Positions 23,728-33,147 of a DNA stretch of 64,000 bases are shown in pieces. Numbering within the stretch: position 1 is the first letter of the stretch; each line of letters opens with the position of its first letter. Both the position numbers and the translations under genes were made by a program. The DNA comes from an uncultured bacterium (GTDB taxonomy: Bacteria > Zhuqueibacterota > QNDG01 > DTFT01). The DNA lies in contig CAVTNR010000014.1 of NCBI GenBank assembly GCA_963736115.1, positions 1 through 64,000 on the forward strand, given 5' to 3'. The notes beneath the pieces were generated by a model. It ran no database searches, was not told where the DNA came from, and saw only the letters and a program-made list of their open reading frames with translations.

Positions 23728-24960
23728 ATGCCATCCATCCAACCCGCTTTCCGGAGCGAACCGGAAAGGAAGTTCACCTTCGACCTGGTGGAAACTTCCC
23801 AGCGGGTCGTCCGCATCAAGGTCGTCGGAGTCGGGGGCGCAGGGGGAAATGCAGTCAACCGTATGATCGACGAGGACCTGACCGGCGTGGATTTCATCGC
23901 CGTGAACACGGACCTTCAGGTGCTGGACCGGAACAAGGCCCAGACGAAAATTCAGATCGGCAAGAACCTGACGCGCGGCCTCGGTTCGGGCGGCGTCCCG
24001 GAGGTCGGCCGCAAGGCCATCGAGGAGAACAAGGATCTCGTGGCGCGCGCGCTCGCGGACTCCGACATGGTCTTCATCACCGCGGGCATGGGCGGCGGAA
24101 CCGGCACCGGCGCGGCGCCGGTCGTGGCCGAAATCGCCCGGGACGTGGGGGCCCTGACCGTGGCCGTGGTGACGCGGCCCTTCGAGTTCGAGGGCGCCAA
24201 GCGCATTGAGAAGGCCGAACAGGGGCTGTACGAGCTCAAGCAGTACGTGGACACGCTCATTGTCATCCACAACCAGAAGCTCGTCACACTGGTCGACAAG
24301 AGAACGCCCATCGACGCCGCTTTCAAGATGGCCGACGAGGTCCTGCTGCACGCCACGAAAGGCATCGCGGATGTGATCACGGTGGCCGGCCTGGTCAACG
24401 TGGATTTCGCGGACGTCCGCACCGTCATGAGCCAGAAGGGCGACGCGCTGATGGGATCCGGCGTGGCGTCGGGCGACAACCGCGCCCGGGAGGCCGCGGA
24501 GCAGGCCATCTCGAGCAGGATCATTGACGACGCCTCCATCGGCGGCGCGACGGGCGTGCTCGTGAACATTACGGGCGGCAAGGACCTCTCGCTCACCGAC
24601 ATCCACGAAGCCACTTCAATCATCCACGAGGCCGCCGGGGCCGAGGCCAACATTATTTTCGGCGCCGTGGTCGATCCGTCGATGAGCGACGCGGTCCGTG
24701 TCACCGTCATTGCCACGGGGTTTCACCGGAACGGCTACCGCATCCGGACGAAGCCGGAGCGGGTCGAGAAACGCGACAGCCGGAGCCTCGATGCGCCCGC
24801 GTGGGGCGATTCGGAAGACGACCGTCCGGTGTTCGACGGGCTGGACCGGGAAATCCTGAGCGAGGTGTTCGAGGGCGCCGAGGAATCGGCGGGCGACTTC
24901 CTGACCGCCTCAAAAGACAACCTGTCGATTCCGACGTTCATCCGGAGACAGATGCGGTGA
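23728..24960 (+). CDS. ftsZ: Cell division protein FtsZ
   Basis: GVGGAGGNAVN, GMGGGTGTGAAP, NVDFADV, C-terminal IPTFIRR. Confidence 0.98.
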   Translation: MPSIQPAFRSEPERKFTFDLVETSQRVVRIKVVGVGGAGGNAVNRMIDEDLTGVDFIAVNTDLQVLDRNKAQTKIQIGKNLTRGLGSGGVPEVGRKAIEENKDLVARALADSDMVFITAGMGGGTGTGAAPVVAEIARDVGALTVAVVTRPFEFEGAKRIEKAEQGLYELKQYVDTLIVIHNQKLVTLVDKRTPIDAAFKMADEVLLHATKGIADVITVAGLVNVDFADVRTVMSQKGDALMGSGVASGDNRAREAAEQAISSRIIDDASIGGATGVLVNITGGKDLSLTDIHEATSIIHEAAGAEANIIFGAVVDPSMSDAVRVTVIATGFHRNGYRIRTKPERVEKRDSRSLDAPAWGDSEDDRPVFDGLDREILSEVFEGAEESAGDFLTASKDNLSIPTFIRRQMR

Positions 24961-24982
24961 GGGAATCCGCGGCGTGCGCGGG

Positions 24983-26671
24983 ATGACCGTTTCCCCCGGC
25001 TTCGACCGGAACGCCCGGTCGCTTCGGGCGGCCGAGAAGGGGAGCGTCCCGCTGAACGACAGGCCGGCCGAACGGATCGCTCTCGTTTACCCCAACCGGT
25101 ACGCGGTGGGCATGGCCAGTCTGGGATTCCAGACCGTCTACCGTATTTTCAACGAACAGCCCGGGATCCGCTGCGAGCGCGTGTTCATTCCGCCGCCGCC
25201 GATGGAGTCTGAAATACGGGCGCTTGAATCCGGCGATCCGCTGAGAAAGTTTTCCGTCATCGGCGTTTCGCTGGCCTGTGAAATGGACCTGTTCCGGCTG
25301 GTCCGTCTGCTCTCCGACGCGGGCATTCCGCCGCTCGTCTCGGAACGATCGGATGCACATCCGCTGCTTCTTGTAGGGGGTGTCCTTGGGGGACTCAATC
25401 CTTCCCCTCTCCTGCCGTTCGCGGACGCCATTCTGGCAGGAGAGGGGGAGGGAGTCATTCCATCCATTGCGGAAGCCCTCCTCTCGGTCCGCTCCGGGCC
25501 GGGCTGGAAGCGCGGCCGCCTCGAGGCGCTCGGCGGCATACCGGGAATATTCCGTCCCCGCATGGACCGCTTCGTCGAGCGGCAGGCCGCGCATCCTCTG
25601 GAACAGTATCCCACCTACACGCCTGTGTGCACACCGCTGAGTCATTTCGGGGATCTCTTCGTCGTCGAACTCACGCGCGGCTGCGGCCGCGGCTGTCTCT
25701 TCTGCGCGGGCGGCAAGCTGTACCAGCCCCTCCGGCGTCACTCGCCGGAATCCGTGCTGGATACGGTCCGGCGCCGGAATCCCGGCGTCCGGCGCGTCGG
25801 CCTGGAAGGGGCGAGCCTGTCCGATTATGCCGGTCTCGAGCCGCTCGCGGAATCCCTGGTGGAGGAAGGCCATGAAGTCTCTTTTTCTTCTATTCGTGTG
25901 GACCGGATCACTCCTCAACTTGTGGCGGTACTGGAAAAAAGCCGGGTCCGTTCGTTCACCGTTGCGCCCGAGGCCGGCACGGAAAGTCTCCGCGGCCGCA
26001 TCGGCAAACCCGTTCCGGATGCCGTCCTGACCGAGGCAATCCGGAACCTGGCGGATTCGCCCGTCGAAACCCTCAAACTCTACTTCCTGATCGGCCTGCC
26101 GGGCGAAACGGATGAAGACGCTTCCGCTGTCTCCGGTCTCGTCCGGCAGGCCGCCTCCCTGTTCCTCACGTCCCCGCGCCGCAGACTGCGGCTGAGCGTC
26201 AATGCTTTCGTTCCCAAGCCGTTCACCGAATTTCAGTGGTCGGCCATGGCGGACGGCCGCACTCTCGAACGGAGACGCGGCCTGATCGCGTCCGGACTCA
26301 AGGGGCTCCATAACGTCACGTTTTCCGTAAAAAGCGGCCGGGAAGAGTTGATTCAGGGCATCCTGGCCACGGGCGGGCCTGAGGCCGGCATGGCGGTTCA
26401 CGACAAGGTCGTGCTCGGCATGTCCTGGAAAAAGGCGCTCGACCGCAACGGAATCGACCCGGATCGGAGCCTTCACGCAGGCCGGGATCCCGAGGCGGCT
26501 CTGCCGTGGGACTTCGTCCGGAACGGCGTGTCCAGGAGCAGGCTGCTGGATCGGCTCCGCGCCGGGACAGCCGGGCCGAATGCGGCCGGTGTGGCCGAAC
26601 CCGACGCGTTTTCGTCCGGCCCATTCGGCGCCCCGGAACCCGACGCATCCGAAAAACCGGAGGTGAGATGA
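24983..26671 (+). CDS. Radical SAM protein with B12-binding-like N-terminal domain
   Basis: YPNRYAVGMASLG, RGCGRGCLFC, APEAG, YFLIGLPGET, FVPKPFTEFQW, LPWD. Confidence 0.85.
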   Translation: MTVSPGFDRNARSLRAAEKGSVPLNDRPAERIALVYPNRYAVGMASLGFQTVYRIFNEQPGIRCERVFIPPPPMESEIRALESGDPLRKFSVIGVSLACEMDLFRLVRLLSDAGIPPLVSERSDAHPLLLVGGVLGGLNPSPLLPFADAILAGEGEGVIPSIAEALLSVRSGPGWKRGRLEALGGIPGIFRPRMDRFVERQAAHPLEQYPTYTPVCTPLSHFGDLFVVELTRGCGRGCLFCAGGKLYQPLRRHSPESVLDTVRRRNPGVRRVGLEGASLSDYAGLEPLAESLVEEGHEVSFSSIRVDRITPQLVAVLEKSRVRSFTVAPEAGTESLRGRIGKPVPDAVLTEAIRNLADSPVETLKLYFLIGLPGETDEDASAVSGLVRQAASLFLTSPRRRLRLSVNAFVPKPFTEFQWSAMADGRTLERRRGLIASGLKGLHNVTFSVKSGREELIQGILATGGPEAGMAVHDKVVLGMSWKKALDRNGIDPDRSLHAGRDPEAALPWDFVRNGVSRSRLLDRLRAGTAGPNAAGVAEPDAFSSGPFGAPEPDASEKPEVR

Positions 26672-27381
26672 AGAAAGCGGCTCTGATTACGGGCGGCGCC
26701 GTCCGGATCGGGAAGGCGCTGGCACTGGCTCTGGCGGAACGCGGTTATGACATCGCCCTGCATTGCCGGAATTCGGAGAAACAGGCCGTGCGTCTGGCCG
26801 GGGCGGTGAGACGGGCGGGCCGCGACTGCGAGATTTTCTGCTGCGACCTGTCCGATACCGCCGCGGCGTCCGAACTGGTTCCGGCCGTCCGCAGGCGCTT
26901 TCCGCACTGCCGCCTGCTGATCAACAATGCATCGGTATTCGAACGGGGAACACTCCGCGATCTTTCCCCTTCCGACTGGCGGCGCATCATGGCCGTCAAC
27001 CTGGATGCGCCGGTTTTTCTGACCCGCTCCTTCGCAGCCGCGTTCCGGAACGGCCATGTCGTGAATCTCTGCGACGCCAAGGCAGCGGCCAACTTCACGA
27101 GTCATTTCGCGTACACGATGTCCAAAAAAGCTCTGCTGGATTTCACGGCCATGTCCGCGGCCGGGCTGGGACCGTCCGTGCGCGTGAACGCGGTGGCGCC
27201 GGGGCTGATTCTACCATCCAGGGAATTCGGGACAAAGGACCTGGCGCGGCTCTCGGCCGGCCTGCCCCTCGGCCGGAAAGGGGAGGCCTCGGACGTCGTG
27301 TCCGCTGTCCTCTTCCTCGAGGACAATCCATACGTCACCGGGCAGACGGTGTATGTGGATGGAGGGATGCATCTTCTTTAA
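26668..27381 (+). CDS. Pteridine reductase-like SDR (FolM/PTR1 type)
   Basis: TGGAVRIG, NNAS, YTMSK, VNAVAPG; adjacent to folB-folK. Confidence 0.8.
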   Translation: MKKAALITGGAVRIGKALALALAERGYDIALHCRNSEKQAVRLAGAVRRAGRDCEIFCCDLSDTAAASELVPAVRRRFPHCRLLINNASVFERGTLRDLSPSDWRRIMAVNLDAPVFLTRSFAAAFRNGHVVNLCDAKAAANFTSHFAYTMSKKALLDFTAMSAAGLGPSVRVNAVAPGLILPSREFGTKDLARLSAGLPLGRKGEASDVVSAVLFLEDNPYVTGQTVYVDGGMHLL

Positions 27382-27523
27382 AGTTCATGGTTGATAGTTC
27401 ATAGTTCATAGTGAAAAACAGCGCATGTTGCGTGATGAATGTAGCCGCCAAGATATATTTATTTTTTTTGGGGGGGGAGGGACTGGTGGGGAACTATGAA
27501 CCATGAACTATGAACAATGAACT
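27382..27523. repeat. Heptamer element locus 2 (SDR / folB)
   Basis: AGTTCAT GGTTGAT AGTTCAT AGTTCAT starts directly after TAA; right arm ATGAACC ATGAACT ATGAACA ATGAACT. Confidence 0.92.
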
Positions 27524-27545
27524 TCCAAACCGATTGGAAACAACG

Positions 27546-27920
27546 ATGCTCATCCGCATCAAGAACCTGAAATTGAAAACCATCATCGGCGTTCATCCCC
27601 GCGAGCGCAGGCGCCGGCAGAAGGTCGTTCTGAACATCGAAATGGACGTGGACGGCCGGAAGGCGGTGGCGGCCGATGACATCGCTGCCGCCGTGGATTA
27701 CCGGACCGCGACCAAGTCCGTGCTCCGGTTCGCGGAGGCGTCCCGGTTTTTCCTGCTGGAGTCCCTGGCCACAGGCGTTCTCGACATGCTGATGCGGGAC
27801 GGACGCGTGCGGTCCGCGACCGTCGAGGCGGATAAGCCCGGCGCCCTGCGTCATGCGGAGTCCGTTTCAGTGACCGTGTCCGGAACGCGGCCGGCCCGAA
27901 GAAAAGTACATAGTTCATAG
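27546..27920 (+). CDS. folB: Dihydroneopterin aldolase/epimerase (FolB/FolX family)
   Basis: IRIKNL..IIGV...ER...Q, VDY, FLLESLA, KPGAL. Confidence 0.85.
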   Translation: MLIRIKNLKLKTIIGVHPRERRRRQKVVLNIEMDVDGRKAVAADDIAAAVDYRTATKSVLRFAEASRFFLLESLATGVLDMLMRDGRVRSATVEADKPGALRHAESVSVTVSGTRPARRKVHSS

Positions 27921-28003
27921 TCCATCGTTCATAGTGAAAAACAGATTCTGTCTCTTTTTCGCTTTTTCTTTAACCATGAACTATGAACCATGAACTATGA
28001 ACT
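27905..28003. repeat. Heptamer element locus 3 (folB / folK)
   Basis: AGTACAT AGTTCAT AGTCCAT CGTTCAT ... ATGAACT ATGAACC ATGAACT ATGAACT; the left arm contains the folB stop. Confidence 0.92.
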
Positions 28004-28024
28004 AAAAAAAAGATCGGAAGATCC

Positions 28025-28465
28025 ATGACGGACGGAAAGCCGGCCAGTCCCGCGGCGGAGCAGGGCCGGAAAGGGCCGTTGACTAACCGCGCCGTGATCG
28101 CAGTCGGTTCCAATATCGATCCGGATTCGAACATCGAGAAGGCGATCAGGGAAATCAGCGGATTCCTGTCGGTTCTGGCCGTTTCCGATTTTGTAAAGAC
28201 AAAGCCGATCGGGAATGCGGATCAACCTGATTTCAGGAACGGCGCGGTGCTGGCGGAGACCGGAATGGAAAAGGAGGAGTTGGTGGAACGACTCCACGCG
28301 GTCGAGACAAAACTCGGCCGTTTCCGCAATCCGGACCGTTTCGGGCCCAGAACCATGGATCTGGATGTCGTCTGGTGGAACGGCCGTGTCTGTCACCCGG
28401 ATGCGGAAACGAGGGATTTCGTGAAGGCCGCGCTGGATCAGGTATTGGATCGTTTTCAGACATGA
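28025..28465 (+). CDS. folK: 6-hydroxymethyl-7,8-dihydropterin pyrophosphokinase
   Basis: IAVGSNI, FRNGAV, E..LGR, GPRTMDLD. Confidence 0.92.
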   Translation: MTDGKPASPAAEQGRKGPLTNRAVIAVGSNIDPDSNIEKAIREISGFLSVLAVSDFVKTKPIGNADQPDFRNGAVLAETGMEKEELVERLHAVETKLGRFRNPDRFGPRTMDLDVVWWNGRVCHPDAETRDFVKAALDQVLDRFQT

Positions 28466-28610
28466 AACAAACCACACCGGAGGAACATGGAGAGACGCGT
28501 AATGTAAAGTGGAAAACGAGATAACAGATCATGCGATATCGGTTTCTCCCGCTCCCATCGGTTTCAAGCTCCGGGTCGGCTTCCGCTCAAGTTAAAATCA
28601 GCCCGCTCAT

Positions 28611-28626
28611 ACAAATAGCGTGCCAA
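28611..28626 (-). promoter_or_regulatory. Possible sigma54 -24/-12 site in reverse orientation
   Basis: Minus strand TTGGCACGCTATTTGT versus TGGCACG-N4-TTGC. Confidence 0.45.
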
Positions 28627-28642
28627 CACCCATCCTTTCTTC

Positions 28643-28671
28643 TTGACAAAATCCGGTCAAACCCTTATATT
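28643..28671 (+). promoter_or_regulatory. sigma70-like promoter of the gatC-kdsB-pyrG gene run
   Basis: TTGACA-17-TATATT, about 30 nt before the gatC ATG. Confidence 0.75.
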
Positions 28672-28700
28672 GCATTCGGGTTTTTCAAGGACTTACGTGT

Positions 28701-29007
28701 ATGCGAGTGACTCTCGAAGACGTGGAAAAAATCGCACGGTTGGCAAGGCTGGAACTCACGGATGAGGAGAAGGCCCTGTACCGTCTGCAGATGGACGAAA
28801 TGCTGGATTACGTGGATCAGTTGAAAACCCTGGATACGGAAGGCGTTGAGCCGACTGTATTTCATGGCCGCGGATGAGTCACGGCTGAGGGAGGATGTCC
28901 GGTCCGGTTCCCTGCCCGTTGAGGAGGCATTGCGGAACGCGTCCGCCCGGAGCGGCGGTTTCTTCCGGGTGCCCAAAGTCCTGATCAAGCCGGGTTCGGA
29001 CGAATGA
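28701..29007 (+). CDS. gatC: Glu/Asp-tRNA amidotransferase subunit C (1-nt insertion near 28860; absent from the ORF track)
   Basis: MRVTLEDVEKIARLARLEL..LDTEGVEPT, then after the shift LRED..ALRNA..FFRVPKV; TGA overlaps the kdsB ATG. Confidence 0.9.
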
Positions 29008-29801
29008 ACGCCCGGGCGGATGCGGTCGGCGTCATTCCGGCTCGCTATGCCTCGTCCCGGTTTCCCGGAAAGCCGCTCATTGATCTCGCCGGAAAAACCA
29101 TGATTCAGCGGGTGTTCGAGCGCGCCAGCCGGGCTTCGCGGCTCGGCCGAGTGCTGGTCGCAACGGATGACCGGCGCATCTATGACGCGGTCATGGGATT
29201 CTGCGGGGAGGCGGTGATGACGCCGGCCGACTGCCCCTCCGGAACTGACCGGATGGCATTTGTCGCGGCCAGCGTGGAGGCGGATCTGTTCGTGAACATC
29301 CAGGGCGACGAACCCCTGATCGAACCCGACGAAATCGATAGGGTGGTCCGCCTGCTGGAGGAGGATCCGGACGCGGACGTCGCGACTCTGGTCAAGCGGA
29401 TATCATCCGCGTCCGAATTGACGAGCCCGAACACGGCCAAGGTCGTGCTGGATGAAAACGGATACGCCCTCTATTTTTCCCGGCTCCCGGTGCCCGCGGT
29501 GCGCGGCGAATCCGTGCCGGACCGGGCGCTCCGCGGCCACGTGTACTGGAAACACATCGGCATTTACGGATACCGAAAGCCTTTTCTGATGCGTTTTGCC
29601 GGCTGGCGACCGACGCCGCTGGAAAGCGCGGAACAGCTCGAACAGCTCCGCGTTCTGGAGAAAGGCGGCCGCATCCGGACCGCGGAAACCCGTTTCGAAC
29701 CGGTTTGTGTAGACACGCCCGAAGACGCGGACGCCGTCCGCGCCCTGCTCGGCGGCTCCTCTGTGAGGGGGGGAGCCGCGGACGCCGGGGCTTCGGCCTG
29801 A
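29004..29801 (+). CDS. kdsB: CMP-Kdo synthetase
   Basis: [45 protein letters not shown]. Confidence 0.95.
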   Translation: MNARADAVGVIPARYASSRFPGKPLIDLAGKTMIQRVFERASRASRLGRVLVATDDRRIYDAVMGFCGEAVMTPADCPSGTDRMAFVAASVEADLFVNIQGDEPLIEPDEIDRVVRLLEEDPDADVATLVKRISSASELTSPNTAKVVLDENGYALYFSRLPVPAVRGESVPDRALRGHVYWKHIGIYGYRKPFLMRFAGWRPTPLESAEQLEQLRVLEKGGRIRTAETRFEPVCVDTPEDADAVRALLGGSSVRGGAADAGASA

Positions 29802-29875
29802 ACGCGTCCGGTCCGCGGCCGGACGGCCGTCGGAACCGGACGAAACGCCAGTCACTCTCCCGAATCGAGGTCCCT

Positions 29876-31512
29876 GTGGAGAAACCCTCAATCCACTATG
29901 TGTTCATCACCGGCGGCGTGGTGTCGTCCCTGGGCAAGGGCATCGCGTCCTCGTCGCTCGGAATTTTGCTCAAGGCCCGCGGCATCCGGGTCACTTCCCT
30001 CAAGATCGACCCCTATCTCAACGTGGATCCCGGAACCATGAGCCCCTACCAGCACGGCGAGGTGTTCGTGACGGAGGACGGGGCCGAGACGGACCTGGAT
30101 CTGGGTCACTACGAACGCTTTCTCGACGTCGACATGCGGCGCGAGAACAATTTCACGACCGGCAGCGTGTACGGCGCCGTGATCGAACGGGAACGCCAGG
30201 GCGGGTATCTCGGCAAGACGGTGCAGGTGATCCCCCATCTCACGGACGAAATCAAGAAACGCATCCGGCTGGTGGCGAAGTCCGCGAAGGATGCGTCCGT
30301 CGTGCTCGTCGAGCTGGGCGGCACAGTGGGCGACATCGAGGGCCTGCCCTTCCTGGAGGCGATCCGCCAGTTCCGGCTCGAGGAGGGGCCCGGCCGGTGC
30401 CTCAACATCCACCTCACCCTCGTGCCCTTTATTCAGGCCAGCCAGGAAATCAAGACCAAGCCGACCCAGCACAGTGTGCAGAAGCTGAGGGAGATCGGCA
30501 TTCAGCCCGACCTGCTCATCTGCCGGACGGAGACGCCGCTCCCCCGGGAAGCCCGCGAAAAGATCGGGTTGTACGCGAACCTGCCCGTCGAGGCCGTCAT
30601 CGAAGCCCGGGATGCGGACACGATCTACGAGGTGCCGCTCAATCTGGAGCGCGAGGGCCTTGCCGGCCTGGTGATCCGGCGGCTGAAACTTCGGGCTGCG
30701 ACGCCCTCCCTCGGCCGGTGGAAGACCATGGTCGACACCATCCGGCATCCGCGGAAATCGGTCCGGATCGCGGTCGCGGGCAAATACGTCGAACTGCGCG
30801 ACGCCTACAAGAGCATCATTGAAGCCTTCACCCATGCGGGCGTCGCGAATGACGCAAAGGTCGAGCTGGTCTGGGTGAGCTCGGAGGAGATCGAGAAAAA
30901 GGGGCCGCCGCCCTGCTCGGCAACGTCGGAGGCCTGCTGATTCCGGGGGGGTTCGGCGAGCGTGGAATCGACGGCAAGGTCCAGGCCGTTCAGTACGCCC
31001 GGGAGAACGACCTGCCGTTTTTCGGCATCTGCCTCGGCATGCAGGTCGCGGTCATCGAGTTCGCCCGGAACGTCTGCGGCATCCGGGCCGCCACCAGCCG
31101 GGAATTTGACGAGGGGGCGAAGCACGCCGTCATCGATTACATGCCCGGCCAGACCCGGGACATCGAGAAGGGCGGGACCATGCGGCTCGGCGCCTATCCC
31201 TGCTGTCTGCGGCGCGGGACGCGCGCACAGGCGATATACGGGAAGGACCGCATTGCCGAGCGGCACCGGCACCGCTTCGAGATCAACAACGAGTACCGCA
31301 CCGCCCTGGAGAATGAGGGCATGGTCATGAGCGGCGTTTCGCCGGATCACACACTCGTGGAAATCATCGAACTGCCCGGCCATCGCTGGTTTCTGGCCGG
31401 CCAGTTCCACCCTGAATTCAAGTCGCGTGCGCTGAAACCCCATCCGCTTTTCGCGTCTTTCGTGAAGGCGGCCCTGGTGACCGGCGCGCCGTCCGGGAGA
31501 AAGTCCAAATGA
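29876..31512 (+). CDS. pyrG: CTP synthase (1-nt deletion near 30900)
   Basis: [27 protein letters not shown]; after the shift PGGFG, GICLGMQ, ERHRHR, QFHPEF. Confidence 0.96.
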
Positions 31513-32348
31513 ACACCGTCCGGATCGGGGACGTCACGATCGGCGCCGGGCATCCGCTCGCGCTCATCGCCGGCCCCTGCGTCATCGAGAGCGAGGAACT
31601 GGTCCTGGCGACCGCCGAGTCCGTCAAGGCCGTCGCGGACCGGCTGGCCATGCCGCTGATTTTCAAGTCGAGTTACACCAAGGATAACCGATCGTCCGCG
31701 AAAAGCTGGCAGGGTCCGGGTCTGGAGAAGGGGCTTGCCATACTCCGAAAGGTCAAGGAGCGGTTCGGCATTCCCGTGCTTTCCGATGTGCACGACCGGC
31801 ACGACATGGACGCCGCGGCCGAAGTGCTCGACGTCATCCAGATTCCGGCTTACCTCTGCATGCAGACCGAGCTGATTCTGGCCGCCGCGCGCACGGGCCG
31901 CGCCATCAACGTCAAGAAGGGGCAGTTTCTCGATCCGGGCGACATGAAGCATATCGTCGGCAAAATCGAGGGCGAAGGCAACCGGAACATCCTGCTGACC
32001 GAGCGGGGCGCCTGCTTCGGCTATCACAACCTCGTGGTCGACATGCGGTCGCTGCAGATCATGCGGGGCCTCGGGTACCCGGTGGTGTTCGACCCCACCC
32101 ACGCCATCCGCATCTACGGCGTGTCCAGCGCGGATCCGAAGGGCGGCGCGCCGCAGTTTGTCCCGGGGCTTTCCCGCGCCGGCGTCGCCTCGGGCGTGGA
32201 CGCGGTGTTCATCGAGACCCATCCGAACTGCCGGGAAGCGCTCTGCGACGCGGCCAGCATGTGGCCGCTCGACCGTCTCGAGGAACTGCTCGTTCAGCTG
32301 AAGAAAATAGACGAACTGGTGAAGGGCATGGGGGAGATCCGGCTGTAA
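31509..32348 (+). CDS. kdsA: Kdo-8-phosphate synthase family protein with variant motifs
   Basis: IAGPCVIE, NVKKGQF, TERG..FGY.NLVVD, FIETHP; KDNRSS and PAYLCMQT replace the usual motifs. Confidence 0.88.
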   Translation: MNTVRIGDVTIGAGHPLALIAGPCVIESEELVLATAESVKAVADRLAMPLIFKSSYTKDNRSSAKSWQGPGLEKGLAILRKVKERFGIPVLSDVHDRHDMDAAAEVLDVIQIPAYLCMQTELILAAARTGRAINVKKGQFLDPGDMKHIVGKIEGEGNRNILLTERGACFGYHNLVVDMRSLQIMRGLGYPVVFDPTHAIRIYGVSSADPKGGAPQFVPGLSRAGVASGVDAVFIETHPNCREALCDAASMWPLDRLEELLVQLKKIDELVKGMGEIRL

Positions 32349-32470
32349 CGGAGACCGCCGCGGCGCGGCCTGCCGGCGGCGGATTTTGCCCGGTGACGGA
32401 CGGAACGGCCTGATCGGCCGACCGCGGATGCGTCCCCGGAGTCCGGGCGACAGGAACAACAGGAGGACCG

Positions 32471-33121
32471 ATGAAAATATTTGTCGATACGGCCGTGCTG
32501 GAGGAGGTTCAGGCCGCGAAAGCCATCGGCTGCGCGGACGGCGTGACCACCAACCCCACTCTGATTCAGAAGTCCGGCCGCGAGTTCAAGACCGTCATCC
32601 GGGAGATGGCGGCTCTGATCGAGGGCCCGGTGCTGGCGGAGGTGATCAGCGAGGACCGGGACGGCATGGTGAAGGAAGGCGTCGAAATGGCCAAATGGGC
32701 CCCGAACGTGGTGGTCAAGATCCCGATCACGCGGGCGGGACTGGAAGCCGTTGCCGTCCTGCGCCGGGAGGAGATCCGCACCGCCCTCACCCTCGTGTTC
32801 TCGCCGACACAGGCCCTGCTCGCCGCGCGCGCGGGCGCGTCCATGATCTGCCCCTTCATCGGCCGCCTGGACGACATCGCGCAGAACGGGATGGATCTGA
32901 TCCGGACCATCGTCGAGATGTACGCCAATTATCCGGACATCTCCACCGAGGTCGTGGTGGCCAGCATCCGGACGCCCAACCACGTGGTGGAGTCGGCTCT
33001 CGCCGGCGCCGATGCCGTGACCGTCCCTCCCAAGGTCATCGAACAGCTCATGCGGCATCCGCTGACGGACTCGGGCGTGCGCCAGTTCCTGGACGATTGG
33101 AAGAAAATCCGGCCGGCGTGA
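32471..33121 (+). CDS. tal: Small transaldolase (TalC/FSA fold, transaldolase signature)
   Basis: IFVDTA, GVTTNPTL, LAEV, VVKIP, PFIGRLDD, ASIR, HPLTD. Confidence 0.9.
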   Translation: MKIFVDTAVLEEVQAAKAIGCADGVTTNPTLIQKSGREFKTVIREMAALIEGPVLAEVISEDRDGMVKEGVEMAKWAPNVVVKIPITRAGLEAVAVLRREEIRTALTLVFSPTQALLAARAGASMICPFIGRLDDIAQNGMDLIRTIVEMYANYPDISTEVVVASIRTPNHVVESALAGADAVTVPPKVIEQLMRHPLTDSGVRQFLDDWKKIRPA

Positions 33122-33147
33122 CTTCCGGCCGGCCGGACGGGAAAACC

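Noticed and set aside
28466-28600. Possible degenerate repeat element after folK
   Set aside because: Purine-rich then pyrimidine-rich, but no convincing pairing or second copy.
32471-33121. Fructose-6-phosphate aldolase supplying A5P
   Set aside because: It has the transaldolase Glu/Phe residues (LAEV, PFIGR), not the FSA Gln/Tyr.
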